Shown here piece by piece: positions 37,611 to 54,500 of a DNA stretch of 64,000 nucleotides. Each line of letters opens with the position of its first letter. Within the stretch, counting starts at the first letter, position 1. A model generated the notes under the pieces. That model had not been told where the DNA came from, ran no database searches, and saw only the letters and a program-made list of their open reading frames with translations. The stretch comes from Hemiscyllium ocellatum (lineage: Eukaryota), in assembly GCF_020745735.1 (NCBI RefSeq), contig NC_083435.1:46438498-46502497 (forward strand), in the 5' to 3' direction. Position numbers and translations under genes: made by a program.

Positions 37611-39049
37611 CCCGACTGCACCTCAACATCTCAATATTTTGTGAATCTCTCCTCTTCCAATACTCCCAGTGACCTAATCTCCGCACTCAGAATCCCAGAA
37701 TTGCTCACTACTGTCAGAGAGAAGAAATTCCTTTGTTTCCTTGAAATGATTGTCCTGTTATTCTGTAACAACGTCCCCTAATTTGAGAAGATATTGCCCC
37801 CAGTGGAGGAATCTCTACATCTCACCTGTCAAACTCTCAGAATCTTGTACTTTTCAATAGGATAACCCCTCATTCTGCTAAAATCAATGAATAAATGATT
37901 GACCTGTTCATCTGTTCTTGATAAGGAAGTCCCATCATCCCAGGAATCAGACTTGACAATATCTTTTGGACTGACTTCAATGCCAGCCTATTCTTTTTTT
38001 AAACAAAAAAATTACAGGGACTAAAACAAACACGGTAGTATCGATGTAGCATAGCTAACCCATTTTCACCCTCTCATAGTCCCCATCATCACCTACACAG
38101 TATTTCTCCTTTGCTGGCTTCATAATGCCAACTTCTTTTCTGTCTTAAGCCTCCCTCCCTCTGGTCTTACTCTCCGCCTTTCTGTTGACTCCTCGACCCC
38201 ACCTCTGTCATTAACAATCTATCCCACCTTTTCCCAGCTACTTTCATGTCTTAGGAAGGATCACCAGACACTAAAGGTTAATTTTGTTTCTCTCTGCATG
38301 GACCCGCTGAGTTTCTCCAGCTTCTTGCTGTTTTTGTTTCACATTTCTAGCATTTTAGCGCTTTAATTGAATGTGTTTGAACCTAATTACAAACCCTCAC
38401 ACTGCTCTGTGAGACAGTGATTATACAAAAGCTCAGTTCAGGATATACAGAAGTTAAATACAAGACTGATATCTGGCTAACACTAATTGTTACAGCTAAC
38501 CTGAGACTGTAACTTTTAAAAGAAAGTTTTGTGATTTACGCATGAAAGAAATAATACTATCATGGTATTCGAACAGATGAAAAACTCAACAAAAAATCAA
38601 GGTATTTTTCAATGTTCAGTTACATCACGCTGTAAACTTTTGCTATAAATTCTGTGTCTTACAATTGTGTACTCCACTCAGAGTCAGTGTAGCCTCATCC
38701 CTACCTTTGAGCACCTCTCTGAAGATGGTGATCTGGGATTCTTGGAAGTGTAAATCTCCCAGTGCTGCCCATGTCCCCATCACTGTGTCCTCTATCAGAC
38801 CACAGAAAACCACCACCATGTCAGTCAGAAATCTCACCAAATCCACACCCTTCTCTTCCAGGAAGAGAGGAAGCAGACCTTCCCTCGAGCACCTCCCTGG
38901 AGCTGCTTGGCTAAGTGGGAAAATCAAGTCAATAGCAGGAAAGTCACAAGTTGATTGGTTGTTGAGCAGTTGCTGTTGGGGACTGTGTTTCAACTCCAAT
39001 AATTTATAAAATGTAATTGTATAAATTAGCCCACAGAAAGTTAGAATGT

Positions 39050-42000
39050 AAAAGTGAGAATGAAAATGTAGGAGAGAGAGAGAGATGATTTGAGAGTATG
39101 GCAGTTTATTATTAATAGTATGAGTCGAAGGCTAAAGAAAGTTAAAGGAAGGAAAGGGGATTAAAGTTGAAGGGAATAAATTGATTTAAGAGTTTCAGGT
39201 TAATGAAAGGTGGGACAGCTCAGCCAAGTGGAATGCTTATCATGTGACATGTGGGCGTCTGGGGTCACTCCTTCTGACACAGACACATCAGTGTGTAAAA
39301 AGTGTCGCTGTGGATGTGTGTGTGCGCCTGGAAAAATGGTGCAGGAAAGAGGCTGTAAATTCCTGGAACACTGGGACTGCCGCTGGGAAAACTGCACCTC
39401 TCCAACTGGACAGTTCCACCTGGGACTGAGTTTCTGGTGGGCACTTTGTTAATGTCACTGTGAGGGTTTTAACCTGAACTTGACATGGGTGTAGGAACCA
39501 AGAGAGAAGGGAAGTGAAGACCAGGGTGTCTGAAATTCTAGCAAGCACTGAATAGAGAATAACAAGGTATTTGGTGGATTCGGTATAAGGTGAATGCACG
39601 TTGGTAAATGCATCACATCAGGAATAAGCTTCGGGAGTGACAGTTGCAGATTGCAAAGTGGAATTATAACATTGGGATGGTGATGGAGAAGAAAGGTAGA
39701 ACTGGGTGCTCAATATCCTGGAGTATAACGTCTTCATGAAAATACAAAAGGCAAAATGGAGAATTTTTTTCAGATAAGGAGAGTATTGCAGTTAGAATCA
39801 GAGTAATAAAGATGTACAGCACCGAACCAGACCCTTCAGACCAACTCATCCATGCTCACCAGATATCCTAAATTAATCTATGCCCATTTGCCTGCATTTG
39901 GCATATATTGCTCTAAGCCCTTCCTGTTCATGTACCCATTCAGATGCTTTTTAAATGCTGTAATTGTACCAGCCTCCAAAACTTCCACCATTCCAAGCTC
40001 AGTCCATACATGCAACACCCTTTGAAAACGTTGCTTCTTAGGTCCCTTTTAAATCTTTCCCCTCTCACCTTAGACCTATGCTCTCTGGTTCTGGACTCCC
40101 CATCTCAGGGAAAAGACCTTGTCCATTTAACCTATCCATGCCCCTCGTGGTTTATAAAACTCTAAGGCCATCCTTCAGCACCCTACGCTCCAGGGAAAAC
40201 ACCGCCAGCCTATTCAGCCTCTCCCTATAGTTCAAGCCCTCCAACCCTGCCAACGTCCTTGCAAATCTTTTCCAAACTATTTCAAAGTTTCATAACATCC
40301 TTCCAATAGGAGGGAGACCAGAATTGCACACAATATTCCAAAAGTGGCCAATGTCCTGTACAGCCACAACATAACCTCCGAACTCCTATACTCAGTACTC
40401 TGATTAATAAAGGAAAGTATACTGAGGAAATAGAGCATTTCAGAGGTTTAAAGGTACAGAATCCATTTGGCTTAAGGAATACAAAGGTTTAGATAAATTG
40501 CTCAGTATAGTCTATAGAACAGCAGCAAGTGGGGAGGATGAAGAGGAGCAAATCTTCAGGGAAATGAGAGAGGTGGAAATATCACTGAGTAGTTAATGTT
40601 AACTAGCTGTATACAGACTGGGATAGTGTGGTAGGGAGGGGATAGTCTTCCTAGACTGTAACCAGGAGAGATTCCTGCAGCAATGTGTGTCCAGTCTAAC
40701 AAGGAAGGAGGCTCTGCAAGAGCAGGCTTCTGGGAATGAGGCTGGCTAAGTGAAGGAGGAGGAATTAGGGATCAGTGATCATTGTATCAAACGGTTCTAG
40801 ACAATGGTGGGAAATGTCAGGGGTCAATCCAGAGCAAGAATAATCAATGACAGAGAGAGGGTTTTAAAGGGACAGGAGCAGAGCTGGCCTGATCAACTGG
40901 AACTAAAGGTTGGTGGGTAAAACAGCAGCTGAACAATGGGAAGGGGATGGTCCAGGTACAGTCAAGGTATATTCCCTCAAAAAGGAAAGGTGGGACCATC
41001 AAACCGAGAGCTCCATGGATGGCCAGGAGATAGACATTTCGATAATGTAGAGAAAGTCTGCTTTCGACAGGTGTCAGACAGAGAATACAATTGAGAGTGA
41101 GGAGGAATATTGAAGGTTTGGGTGGGAAGGTGAGGAAATAAGTGAAACAAAGAGAAATTATGGGAGAAGGCTGACAGCTAACATCAAGGGACAATGTCCA
41201 AGTCTCCAATATGGACATGAGCAGTAAGAGGTGGTAAACAGGGGAGAGGGCTGATTAGACATCAAAAAGGGGGTGTACACATGAAGGTAAGAGGCAACTC
41301 AGAGGGGTTCATGGGATACTTTGCATCTGTCTTTACCTACAATGTAGGTGCTACCTGGGTCTCAAGACCACACGTCAGGCCATTCAGCCCATTGAGTGTG
41401 TTCTGCTATTCAATGAGATCATGACTGATCTGATCATCCTCAACATCACTTTCCCACCTTTTCCCCATCACCCTTGATTCCCTCACTGTGGAAAAATCTG
41501 TCTCTCTCAGCCTTGAGGCCATGGTGAAAGAGGAGTTAGAAGGCTTTTAAATTGGTATGGAGGTGGTACAGGATAAGCTGTTTACTTTTAATCCAATGGA
41601 ACACTAGGACTAGTAGAAGTGCATCCAACAATACAGAGGAAGTGAAAGTGGCAAATGCTAAGGCACAGATCACAATATTCCAATCCTCCCAGCAGTTGGA
41701 GTGTTTGAGGATTGCCAGAGGACTGGAGAATTGCAAAATTTATAGTTTTGTTCAAAGAGATTGTACAGAGAGGCCAAAATATCACAGACTAGCCAGGATG
41801 TCATTGGCAAGAAAACTTGGAGAAAAAAAAAAATTTCAGAGAGACTTAATAGTCACATGGATAAAATATGGATAGATTCAGACAGGCAGCATGGATTTGT
41901 TGAGTGAAAATTGTATCTAAAAAACCTGCTGGAGTTCTTGAAGAGGAAGCAGAATGGTTTGATGAGGATAACGCTGTTGATGTGGTTTATATAGATTTCC

Positions 42001-42420
42001 AGAAGGTGTTTCAGGCAGTGCTATACAACAGACATTTCAGGAAAATTATCTATCAGGTGATGAAAGGGACAGTAGTAATATGGAAACAAAATTGACTGAG
42101 TGTTAGGATAAGATGATGGTTAATAGGACAAGGATTAATGATTAAACAGTTCTGTAACATGCCAGTTCTGACAAAGGGTCACCAGACCCGGAATGTTAAT
42201 TTTGATTTCTTTCCACAGACACTGCCAGACCTGAGGCATTTCCCCAGCAATTTCTGTTCTGTTTGTTAATTGTTAGTGAAGGTTACTGACAACATAATGG
42301 TTAATGGGAATTTTCCTGGACTGGAGGAAGTTTAATAGTGCAATTCCCAGGGATCAGTACAGGACCATGGTGTTTCCTGGCAATGATCTGGATCTTAGTG
42401 TGCAGGGGTCAGCTTCCACG
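39050..42420 (+). mobile_element. Old, internally deleted near-full-length CR1 (ORF1 zinc finger/esterase remnant plus ORF2), interrupted by a younger minus-strand CR1 3' end at ~39810-40410
   Basis: QVECLSCDMWA...VCKKC (ORF1 ZF), KWCRKE...W (esterase), AVDVVYIDFQKVF; own CCCAGGGATCAGTAC motif at ~42345. Confidence 0.7.
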
Positions 42421-44106
42421 CAGGGGTGAGCCCCCACCACTGATCCCTGTCTCACTCCATTAGTTACATTGTAAATCACTGAACCCCCAGCACTGATCCC
42501 TGTCTCACACTACATTAGTTACATTGTAAATCACTGAGACCCCAGCACTGATCTCTGTCTCACTCCATTAGTTACATTGTAAATCACTGAGACCCCAGCA
42601 CTGATCCCTGTCTCACTCCATTAGTTACATTGTAAATCACCGAGACCCCAGCACTGATCCCTGTCTCACTCCATTAGTTACATTGTAAATCACTGAGACC
42701 TCAGCACTGATCCCTGTCTCACTCCATTAGTTACATTGTAAATCACTGAGACCCTAGCACTGACCCCTGTCTCACTCCATTAGTCCAAGTGTAAATTACT
42801 TTGACCCCAGCACTGATTCCAGTCTCACTCTATTACTTAGCTTGCATATCACTGAGACCCCAGCACTGATCCCTGTCTCACTCCAACAGTTACATTGTAA
42901 ATCACTGAGCCCCCAGCACTGATCCCTGTCTCACTCCATTAGTTACATTGTAAATCACTGAGCCCCCAGCACTGATCCCTGTCTCACACTACATTAGTTA
43001 CATTGTAAATCACTGAGACCCCAGCACTGATCCCTGTCTCACTCCATTAGTTATATTGTAAATCACTGAGACCCTAGCACTGACCCCTGTCTCACTCCAT
43101 TAGTCCAAGTGTAAATTACTTTGACCCCAGCGCTGATCCCTGTCTCACTGCATTTGGTACATTGTAACTCACTGAGACCCCAGCACTGATCTCTGTCTCA
43201 CTCCATTAGTTACATTGTAAATCACTGAGACCCCAGTTCTGATCCCTGTCTCACTGCATTTGGTACATTGCTGGTGTCCCGGTGATTTGCATTGATACTT
43301 GTATCTCTCCATTAGTTACAGTGTAAATCACTGAGACCCCAGCACTGATCCCTGTCTCACTCTATTACTTAACTTGCATATCACTGAGACCCCAGCACTG
43401 ATCCCTGTCTCACTCCATTAGTTACATTGTAAATCACTGAGACCCCAGGACTGATCCCTCTCTCACTGCATTAGTTACATTGTAAATCACTGAGACCCCA
43501 GCACTGATCCCTGTCTCACTCCATTAGTTACATTGTAAATCACTGAGACCCCAGGACTGATCCCTCTCTCACTCCATTAGTTACATTGTAAATCACTGAG
43601 ACCCTAGCACTGACCCCTGTCTCACTCCATTAGTCCAAGTGTAAATTACTTTGACCCCAGCACTGATTCCAGTCTCACTCTATTACTTAGCTTGCATATC
43701 ACTGAGACCCCAGCACTGATCCCTGTCTCACTCCATTAGTTACATTGTAAATCATTGAGACCCCAGCACTGATCCCTGTCTCACTCCATTAGTTACATTG
43801 TAAATCATTGAGACCCCAGCACTGATCCCTGTCTCACTGAGTTAGGTACAATGTAAATCACTGCGACCCCAGCACTGATCCCTGTCTCACTGCATTAGTT
43901 ACATTGTAAATCACTGAGACCCCAGCACTGATCCCTGTCTCACTGCGTTAGGTACATTGTAAATCACTGAGACCCCAGCACTGATCCCTGTCTCACTGCA
44001 TTAGGTACATTGCTGGGGTCCCTGTGATTTGCATTGATACTTGTGTCACTCCATTAGTTACAGTATAAATCACTGACTCTCCACCACTGGACCCTGTCTC
44101 ACTCAT

Positions 44107-44245
44107 GCAGTCATAGAGTTGTAGAGATGTTAAGCATGGAAACAGACCTTTTGGTCCAACCTGTCCATGCTGATCAAGCATCCCAACCCAATGCAGCCCA
44201 CACCTGCCAGCACCCAGCCCATATCCATCTAAACCTTTCCTTTTC
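44107..44245 (-). mobile_element. CR1 3' terminus (~140 bp) forming the 3' end of the ALKBH5 cassette
   Basis: Matches the other CR1 3' ends in the window (e.g. 30950-31085), including the GAGTCATA-type tail. Confidence 0.85.
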
Positions 44246-44897
44246 TTTCATTGACTGACATTCTCGAATACATGAAAAACAGATTTGACCTCAATTTAAG
44301 AGGACTTGGACACATAAATACATGCTATAGATGGTCAGAGAATATCCCATAGCAGTTTAAACAGCAGGAACGGGGGCTTAGCTCTGTGAGCCTTTGTAGT
44401 CACGTTTCAATAAGATGATTGATGATCTGTAGCTGAACAGCTTACAAACATCTAAGTCTCAGATTTCAAATTACCAAGATAGCACTGGTAAACTGCAGAA
44501 ATAAGTTCCACCAGTACAAGTCGTCCAGCTCCTGTCCTGAAAGCCTACTTTTGGCTCATTCCAGTGTCCCAACATGCCTAACCAATAGCAAAAGCTCATT
44601 GTAATGCATCATACGCGACATCAGCTGTCACACAACATTCAGACAGGTTTTATTAGACAAGATCTAGCTTTACAAACCGAAATGAAATCAGCCAGTGATA
44701 AAATAAACATCATGACATAAATGGAAAGGGGAAGGAGTCAGATAAGTTACAAACCAATTTCAAAAAGCTTCGTTCTGTATAATGTTATCTAAAGAATAAT
44801 AGCTCGAATGTAAAGTCTTAAATCTTCCTACTAGGAAGCAGCCAAAAATGTATGCTATAGAATTTGGATCGTTTTTGGCAAAATTCATATCGCCTTA

Positions 44898-45574
<677 letters not shown>

Positions 45575-48500
45575 TCATTACTTACATTGTATATCAGTGA
45601 GTGCCCAGCGCTGACCCTCTGTCCAGCTGCATTAATTGCGTTATAAATCACAGACACTCCAACACTGATCTTTGTCTCAACCTATTAGTTACATTGTAAA
45701 TCACTGAGACCCCAGCACTGAACCCTGTCTCACTCCATTAGTTATGTTATAAACGACTGAAATCGCAGCACTGACCCCGTTTCACCCCATTATTGACATT
45801 GTAAATCACTGAGACCCCAGCACTGATCCCTCTCTCACTCCATTAGTTACATTGTAAATCACTGAGACCCCAGCACTGATCTCCGTCTCACTCCATTAGT
45901 TACATTGTAAATCACTGAGACCCCAGCACTGATCCCTGTCTCACTCCATTAGTTAAATTGTAAATCACTGAGACCCCAGCACTGATCCCTGTCTCACTCC
46001 ATTAGTTACATAGTAAATCACTGAGACCCCAGCACTGATCCCTGTCTCACTCCATTAGTTACATTGTAAGTCATTGAGACCCCAGCACTGCTCCCTTCCT
46101 CACTCCATTAGTTACATTGTAAATCACTGAGACCCCAGCACTGATCCCTGTCTCACTCCATTAGTTACAGTGTAAATCACTGAGACCCCAGCACTGATCC
46201 CTGTTTCACTCCATTAGTTACATTGTAAATCACTGAGACCCCAGCACTGATCCCTGTCTCACTCCATTAGTTACATTGTAACTCACTTAGACACCAGCAC
46301 TGATCTCTGTCTCACTCCATTAGTTACATTGTAAATCACTGAGACCCCAGCACTGTTCCCTCTCTCACTCCATTAGTTACATTGTAAATCACTGAGACCC
46401 CAACACTGATCCCCTTTTCACTCCATTAGTCACACTGTAAATCACTGAGACATGTGTACTGTATCCTGTCTCACGCCATTATTTGCACTTTAATTCACTG
46501 ATATTCCAGCACTAATCACTCTCTCATTCTATTAGTTACTTTGTAAATCAGAGACCTCAGCACTGATCCCAGTTTTTCCCCATTCGTGACGTTGTAAAAC
46601 TCTGTGATGCCTACAGTTTTCCCTGTCACACTCCATTAGTTACATTGTAAATCACTGAGACCCCAGCACTGATCCCTGTCTCACTCCATTAGTTACATTG
46701 GAAATCACTGATTCCCCAACACTGAGCCCTGTCTCACTCCATTAGTTACATTGTAAATCACTGAGACCTCAGCACTGAGCCCTGTCTCACTCCATTAGTT
46801 ACATTATAAATCACTTAGACCCCAGCACTGATCTCTGTCTCACTCCATTAGTTACAATGTAACTCACTGAGACCTCAGCACTGATCCCTCTCTCACTCCA
46901 TTAGTTACAATGTAACTCACTGAGACCACAGCACTGATCCTTGTCTCACTCCATGAATTACATAATAAATCACAGAGACCCCAGCACTGATCCTTATCTC
47001 ACTCCATTAGTTACATTATAAACCACTGAAATCACAGCACTGAACCAAGTCTCACCCCATTATTGACATTGTAAATCACTGAGATCCCAGCACTAATTTC
47101 TGTCTCGCACTGATATTTACACTGTCAAGTAGTAAGACCCTAGTACAGATCACTGTGATACTCCGATGGTTAAATTGTAAATCACTGAGATCCCAGCACT
47201 GATCCCTCTCTCACACCATTAGTTACATTGTAAATCACTGAGACCCCAGCAATGATCCCGGTCTCACTCCATTAGTTACATTATATATCACTGTGACCCC
47301 AGCACTAATCCCTGTCCAACTGCAATGTTTTTGATATAGATCACTGACTCCCCAGCACTGGTCTTGTCCCACCCCATTAGTTACATTGGATTTCCCTGAG
47401 ACACCAGTACTGATCCATGTCTCACTCCAATAGTTAATCAATAAACCACTGAGTCACCAGCACTTATCCCTGTCTCACTGCATTAGTTACATTGTATATC
47501 ACTGAGACCCCAGCAGTGATCACTGTCTCACCCGACGTGTTACATTTGACTTCACTGAGACCCCAGCATTAATCCCTGTCACACTTCATTAGTTACATTG
47601 TAATCACTGAGTCCCCAGCACTGATCCCTGTCTCACTCCATTAGTTACATTGTAAGTCATTGAGACCCCAGCACTGATCCCTTTCTCACTCCATTAGTTA
47701 CATTGTAAATCACTGAGACCACAGCACTGATCTCTGTCTCACTCCATTAGTTACATTGTAAATCACTGAGACTCCAGCACTGATCCCTGTCTCACTCCAT
47801 TAGTTACATTGTAAATCACTGAGACCCCAGCACTGATCCCTGTCTCACTCCATTATTTACGTTGTAAGTCATTGAGACCCCAGCACTGATCCCTGTCTCA
47901 CTCCATTAGTTACATTGTAAATCACTGAGACCCCAGCACTGATCCCTGTCTCACTCCATTATTTACATTGCAAATTGCTGAGACCCCAGCACTGATCCCT
48001 CTCTCACTCCATTAGTTACATTGTTAACCACTGAGACCCCAGCACTGATCCCTGTCTCACTCCATTAGTTACATTGCAAATTGCTGAGACCCCAGCACTG
48101 ATCCCTCTCTCACTCCATTAGTTACGTTGTTAACCACTGAGACCCCAGCACTGATCCCTGTCTCACTGCATTAGTTACATTGTAAGTCACTGAGACCCCA
48201 GCACTGATCCCTGTCTCACTCCATTAGTTACATTGTAAATGTCTGAGACCCCAGAACTGATCTCTGTCTCACTCCATTAGTTACATTGTAAATCACTGAG
48301 ACCCCCAGCACTGATCTCTGTCTCACTCCATTAGTTACATTGTAAGTCATTGAGACCCCAGCACTGATCCCTTTCTCACTCCATTAGTTACATTGCAAAT
48401 CGCTGAGACCCCAGCACTGATCCCTCTCTCACTCCATTAGTTACATTGTAAACCACTGAGACCCCTGCACTGATCCCTGCCTCACTGCATTAGTTACATT

Positions 48501-51500
48501 GTAAATCACTGAGACCCCAGCACTGATCTCTGTCTCACTCCATTAGTTACATTGTAAATCACTGAGACCCCAACACTGATCCCCTTTTCACTGAGACATG
48601 TGTACTGTATCCTGTCTTACTCCATGATTTGCACTGTAATTCACTGATATTCCAGCACTAATCCCTCTCTCATTTTATTAATTACTTTGTAAATCAGAGA
48701 CCTCAGCACTGATCCCAGTTTTTCCCTATTCGTGACGTTGTAAAACTCTGTGATCCCTACACTTTTCCCTGTCGCACTCCACTTGTTACATTGTAAATCA
48801 CTGTGTCCCCAGCACTGATCCCTGTCTCACTCCATTAGTTACATTGTAAATCACTGATTCCCCAGCACTGAGCCCTGTCTGACTCCATTAGTTACATTAT
48901 AAATCACTTAGACCCCAGCACTGATCCCTGTCTCACTCCATGAGTTACATAATAAATCACTGAGACCCCAGGACTAATCCCTGTCTCACTCCATTAGTTA
49001 CATTATAAACCACTGAAATCACAGCACTGAACCACGTCTCACCCCATTATTGACATTGTAAATCACTGAGATCCCAGTGCTAATCTCTGTCTCGCACTGA
49101 TATTTAAATTGTAAAGTAGTAAGACCCTAGTACAGATCACTGTGATACTCCGATGGTTAAATTGTAAATCACTGAGACCCCAGCACTGATCCCTCTCTCA
49201 CTCCATTAGTTACATTGTAAATCACTGAGACCCCAGCACTGATCCCTGTCTCACGCCATTAATTACATTATATATCACTGTGACCCCAGCACTAATCCAT
49301 CTCCAACTGCAATGTTTATGGTATAGATCACTGACTCCCCAGTACTGGTCTGGTCCCACCCCTTTAGTTACATTGGATTTCCCTGAGACACCAGTACTGA
49401 TCCATGTCTCACTCCATTAGTTAATCAATAAACCACTGAATTCCCAGCACTTATCCCTGTCTCACTGCATTAGTTACATTGTATATCACTGAGACCCCAG
49501 CAGTGATCACTGTCTCACCCCACGTGTTACATTTGACTTCACTGAGACCCCAGCACTAATCCCTGTCACACTTCATTATTTACATTGTAAATCACTGAGA
49601 CCCCAGCACTAATCCCTGTCCAACTGCAATGTTTTTGGTATAGACCACTGACTCCCCAGTACTGGTCTGGTCCCACCCCTTTAGTTACATTGGATTTCCC
49701 TGAGAAACCAGTACTGATCCATGTCTCACTCCATTAGTGAAACAAGAAACCACTGAATCCCCAGCACTTATCCCTGTCTCACTGCATTAGTTACATTGTA
49801 TATCACTGAGACCCCAGCAGTGATCACTGTCTCACCCCACGTGTTACATTTGACTTCACTGAGACCCCAGCACTAATCCCTGTCACACTTCATTAGTTAC
49901 ATTGTAAATCACTGAGACCCCAGCACTGATCCTTGTCTCACTCCATTAGTTACATTGTAAATCACTGAGACCCCAGCACTGATCCCTGTTTCACTCCATT
50001 AGTTACATTGTAAATCATTGAAACTCCAACACTGATCCCCTTTTGACTGCATTAGTTACACTGTAAATCACGGAGACATGTGTACTGTATCGTGCCTCAC
50101 TCCATTATTTGCACTGTAATTCACTGATATTCCAGCACTAATTCCTCTCTCATTCTATTAGTTACTTTGTAAATCAGAGACCTCAGCACTAATCTCAGTG
50201 TTCCCCATTCGCGACGTTGTAAAACTCTGTGATCCCTACACTTTTCCCTGTCTCACTCCATTAGTTACATTGTAAATCACTTAGACCCCAGCACTGATCC
50301 CTGTCTCACCCCATTAGTGACATTGTAAAACTCTGTGACCTCTGCACTTTTCCCTGTCTCATTACATTAGTTACATTGTAAATCACTGTGTCCCCAGCAC
50401 TGATCCCTCTCTCACTCCATTAGTTACATTGTAAACCACTGAGACCCCTGCACTGATCCCTGCCTCACTGCATTAGTTACATTGTAAATCACTGAGACCC
50501 CAGCACTGATCTCTGTCTCACTCCATTAGTGACATTGTAAATCACTGAGACCCCAACACTGATCCCCTTTTCACTGCATTAGTTACACTGTACGTCCCTG
50601 AGACATGTGTACTGTATCCTGTCTTACTCCATGATTTGCACTGTAATTCACTGATATTCCAGCACTAATCCCTCTCTCATTTTATTAATTACTTTGTAAA
50701 TCAGAGACCTCAGCACTGATCCCAGTTTTTCCCCATTCGTGACGTTATAAAACTCTGTGATCCCTACACTTTTCCCTGTCGCACTCCACTTGTTACATTG
50801 TAAATCACTGTGTCCCCAGCACTGATCCCTGTCTCACTCCATTAGTTACATTGTAAATCACTGATTCCCCAGTACTGAGCCCTGTCTGACTCCATTAGTT
50901 ACATTATAAATCACTCAGACCCCAGCACTGATCCCTGTCTCACTCCATGAGTTACATAATAAATCACTGAGACCCCAGGACTAATCCCTGTCTCACTCCA
51001 TTAGTTACATTATAAACCACTGACATCACAGCACTGAACCAGGTCTCACCCCATTATTGACATTGTAAATCACTGAGATCCCAGTGCTAATCTCTGTCTC
51101 GCACTGATATTTACATTGTAAAGTAGTAAGACCCTAGTACAGATCACTGTGATACTCCGATGGTTAAATTGTAAATCACTGAGACCCCAGCACTGATCCC
51201 TGTCTCACGCCATTAATTACATTATATATCACTGTGACCCCAGCACTAATCCATCTCCAACTGCAATGTTTTTGGTATAGACCACTGACTCCCCAGTACT
51301 GGTCTGGTCCCACCCCTTTAGTTACATTGGATTTCCCTGAGACACCAGTACTGATCCATGTCTCACTCCATTAGTTAATCAATAAACCACTGAATCCCCA
51401 GCACTTATCCCTGTCTCACTGCATTCGTTACATTGTATATCACTGAGACCCCAGCAGTGATCACTGTCTCACCCCACGTGTTACATTTGACTTCACTGAG

Positions 51501-54500
51501 ACCCCAGCACTAATCCCTGTCACACTTCATTAGTTACATTGTAAATCACTGAGACCCTAGCACTGATACCTGTCTCTCTCCATTAGTTACATTGTAAATC
51601 ACTGAGACCCCAGCACTGATCCCTGTTTCACTCCATTAGTTACATTGTAAATCATTGAAACTCCAACACTGATCCCCTTTTGACTGCATTAGTTACACTG
51701 TAAATCACGGAGACATGTGTACTGTATCGTGCCTCACTCCATTATTTGCACTGTAATTCACTGATATTCCAGCACAAATTCCTCTCTCATTCTATTAGTT
51801 ACTTTGTAAATCAGAGACCTCAGCACTAATCTCAGTGTTTCCCCATTCGCGACGATGTAAAACTCTGTGATCCCTACACTTTTCCCTGTCTCACTCCATT
51901 AGTTACATTGTAAATCACTTAGACCCCAGCACTGATCCCTGTCTCACCCCATTAGTGACATTGTAAAACTCTGTGACCTCTGCACTTTTCCCTGTCTCAT
52001 TCCATTAGTTACATTGTAAATCACTGTGTCCCCAGCACTGATCCCTCTCTCACTCCATTAGTTACATTGTAAATCACTGAGACCCCAGCACTGATCTCTG
52101 TCTCACTCCATTAGTGACATTGTAAATCACTGAGACCCCAACACTGATCCCCTTTTCACTGCATTAGTTACACTGTACGTCCCTGAGACATGTGTACTGT
52201 ATCCTGTCTTACTCCATGATTTGCACTGTAATTCACTGATATTCCAGCACTAATCCCTCTCTCATTTTATTAATTACTTTGTAAATCAGAGACCTCAGCA
52301 CTGATCCCAGTTTTTCCCCATTCGTGACGTTATAAAACTCTGTGATCCCTACACTTTTCCCTGTCGCACTCCACTTGTTACATTGTAAATCACTGTGTCC
52401 CCAGCACTGATCCCTGTCTCACTCCATTAGTTACATTGTAAATCACTGATTCCCCAGTACTGAGCCCTGTCTGACTCCATTAGTTACATTATAAATCACT
52501 CAGACCCCAGCACTGATCCCTGTCTCACTCCATGAGTTACATAATAAATCACTGAGACCCCAGGACTAATCCCTGTCTCACTCCATTAGTTACATTATAA
52601 ACCACTGACATCACAGCACTGAACCAGGTCTCACCCCATTATTGACATTGTAAATCACTGAGATCCCAGTGCTAATCTCTGTCTCGCACTGATATTTACA
52701 TTGTAAAGTAGTAAGACCCTAGTACAGATCACTGTGATACTCCGATGGTTAAATTGTAAATCACTGAGACCCCAGCACTGATCCCTGTCTCACGCCATTA
52801 ATTACATTATATATCACTGTGACCCCAGCACTAATCCATCTCCAACTGCAATGTTTTTGGTATAGACCACTGACTCCCCAGTACTGGTCTGGTCCCACCC
52901 CTTTAGTTACATTGGATTTCCCTGAGACACCAGTACTGATCCATGTCTCACTCCATTAGTTAATCAATAAACCACTGAATCCCCAGCACTTATCCCTGTC
53001 TCACTGCATTCGTTACATTGTATATCACTGAGACCCCAGCAGTGATCACTGTCTCACCCCACGTGTTACATTTGACTTCACTGAGACCCCAGCACTAATC
53101 CCTGTCACACTTCATTAGTTACATTGTAAATCACTGAGACCCTAGCACTGATACCTGTCTCTCTCCATTAGTTACATTGTAAATCACTGAGACCCCAGCA
53201 CTGATCCCTGTTTCACTCCATTAGTTACATTGTAAATCATTGAAACTCCAACACTGATCCCCTTTTGACTGCATTAGTTACACTGTAAATCACGGAGACA
53301 TGTGTACTGTATCATGCCTCACTCCATTATTTGCACTGTAATTCACTGATATTCCAGCACTAATTCCTCTCTCATTCTATTAGTTACTTTGTAAATCAGA
53401 GACCTCAGCACTAATCTCAGTGTTTCCCCATTCGCGACGATGTAAAACTCTGTGATCCCTACACTTTTCCCTGTCTCACTCCATTAGTTACATTGTAAAT
53501 CACTTAGACCCCAGCACTGATCCCTGTCTCACTCCATTAGTGACATTGTAAAACTCTGTGACCTCTGCACTTTTCCCTGTCTCATTCCATTAGTTACATT
53601 GTAAATCACTGTGTCCCCAGCACTGATCCCTCTCTCACTCCATTAGTTACATTGTAAATCACTGAGACCCCAGCACTGATCTCTGTCTCACTCCATTAGT
53701 GACATTGTAAATCACTGAGACCCCAACACTGATCCCCTTTTCACTGCATTAGTTACACTGTACGTCCCTGAGACATGTGTACTGTATCCTGTCTTACTCC
53801 ATGATTTGCACTGTAATTCACTGATATTCCAGCACTAATCCCTCTCTCATTTTATTAATTACTTTGTAAATCAGAGACCTCAGCACTGATCCCAGTTTTT
53901 CCCCATTCGTGACGTTGTAAAACTCTGTGATCCCTACACTTTTCCCTGTCGCACTCCACTTGTTACATTGTAAATCACTATGTCCCCAGCACTGATCCCC
54001 GTCTCACTCCATTAGTTACATTGTAAATCACTGATTCCCCAGCACTGAGCCCTGTCTGACTCCATTAGTTACATTATAAACCACTGAAATCACAGCACTG
54101 AACCACGTCTCACCCCATTATTGACATTGTAAATCACTGAGATCCCAGTGCTAATCTCTGTCTCGCACTGATATTTACATTGTAAATTAGTAAGACCCTA
54201 GTACAGATCGCTGTGATACTCCGATGGTTACATTGTAAATCACTGAGACCCCAGCACTGATCCCTCTCTCACTCCATTAGTTACATTGTAAATCACTGAG
54301 ACCCCAGCACTGATCCCTGTCTCACGCCATTAATTACATTATATATCACTGTGACCCCAGCACTAATCCATGTCCAACTGCAATGTTTTTGGTACAGATC
54401 ACTGACTCCCCAGCACTGGTCTGGTCCCACCCCTTTAGTTACATTGGATTTCCCTGAGTCAACAGTACTGATCCATGTCTCACTCCATTCGTTAATCAAT

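Noticed and set aside
38643-39009. Opposing 118/114-aa ORFs
   Set aside because: No recognisable family or splice context; possibly a decayed retroelement ORF1
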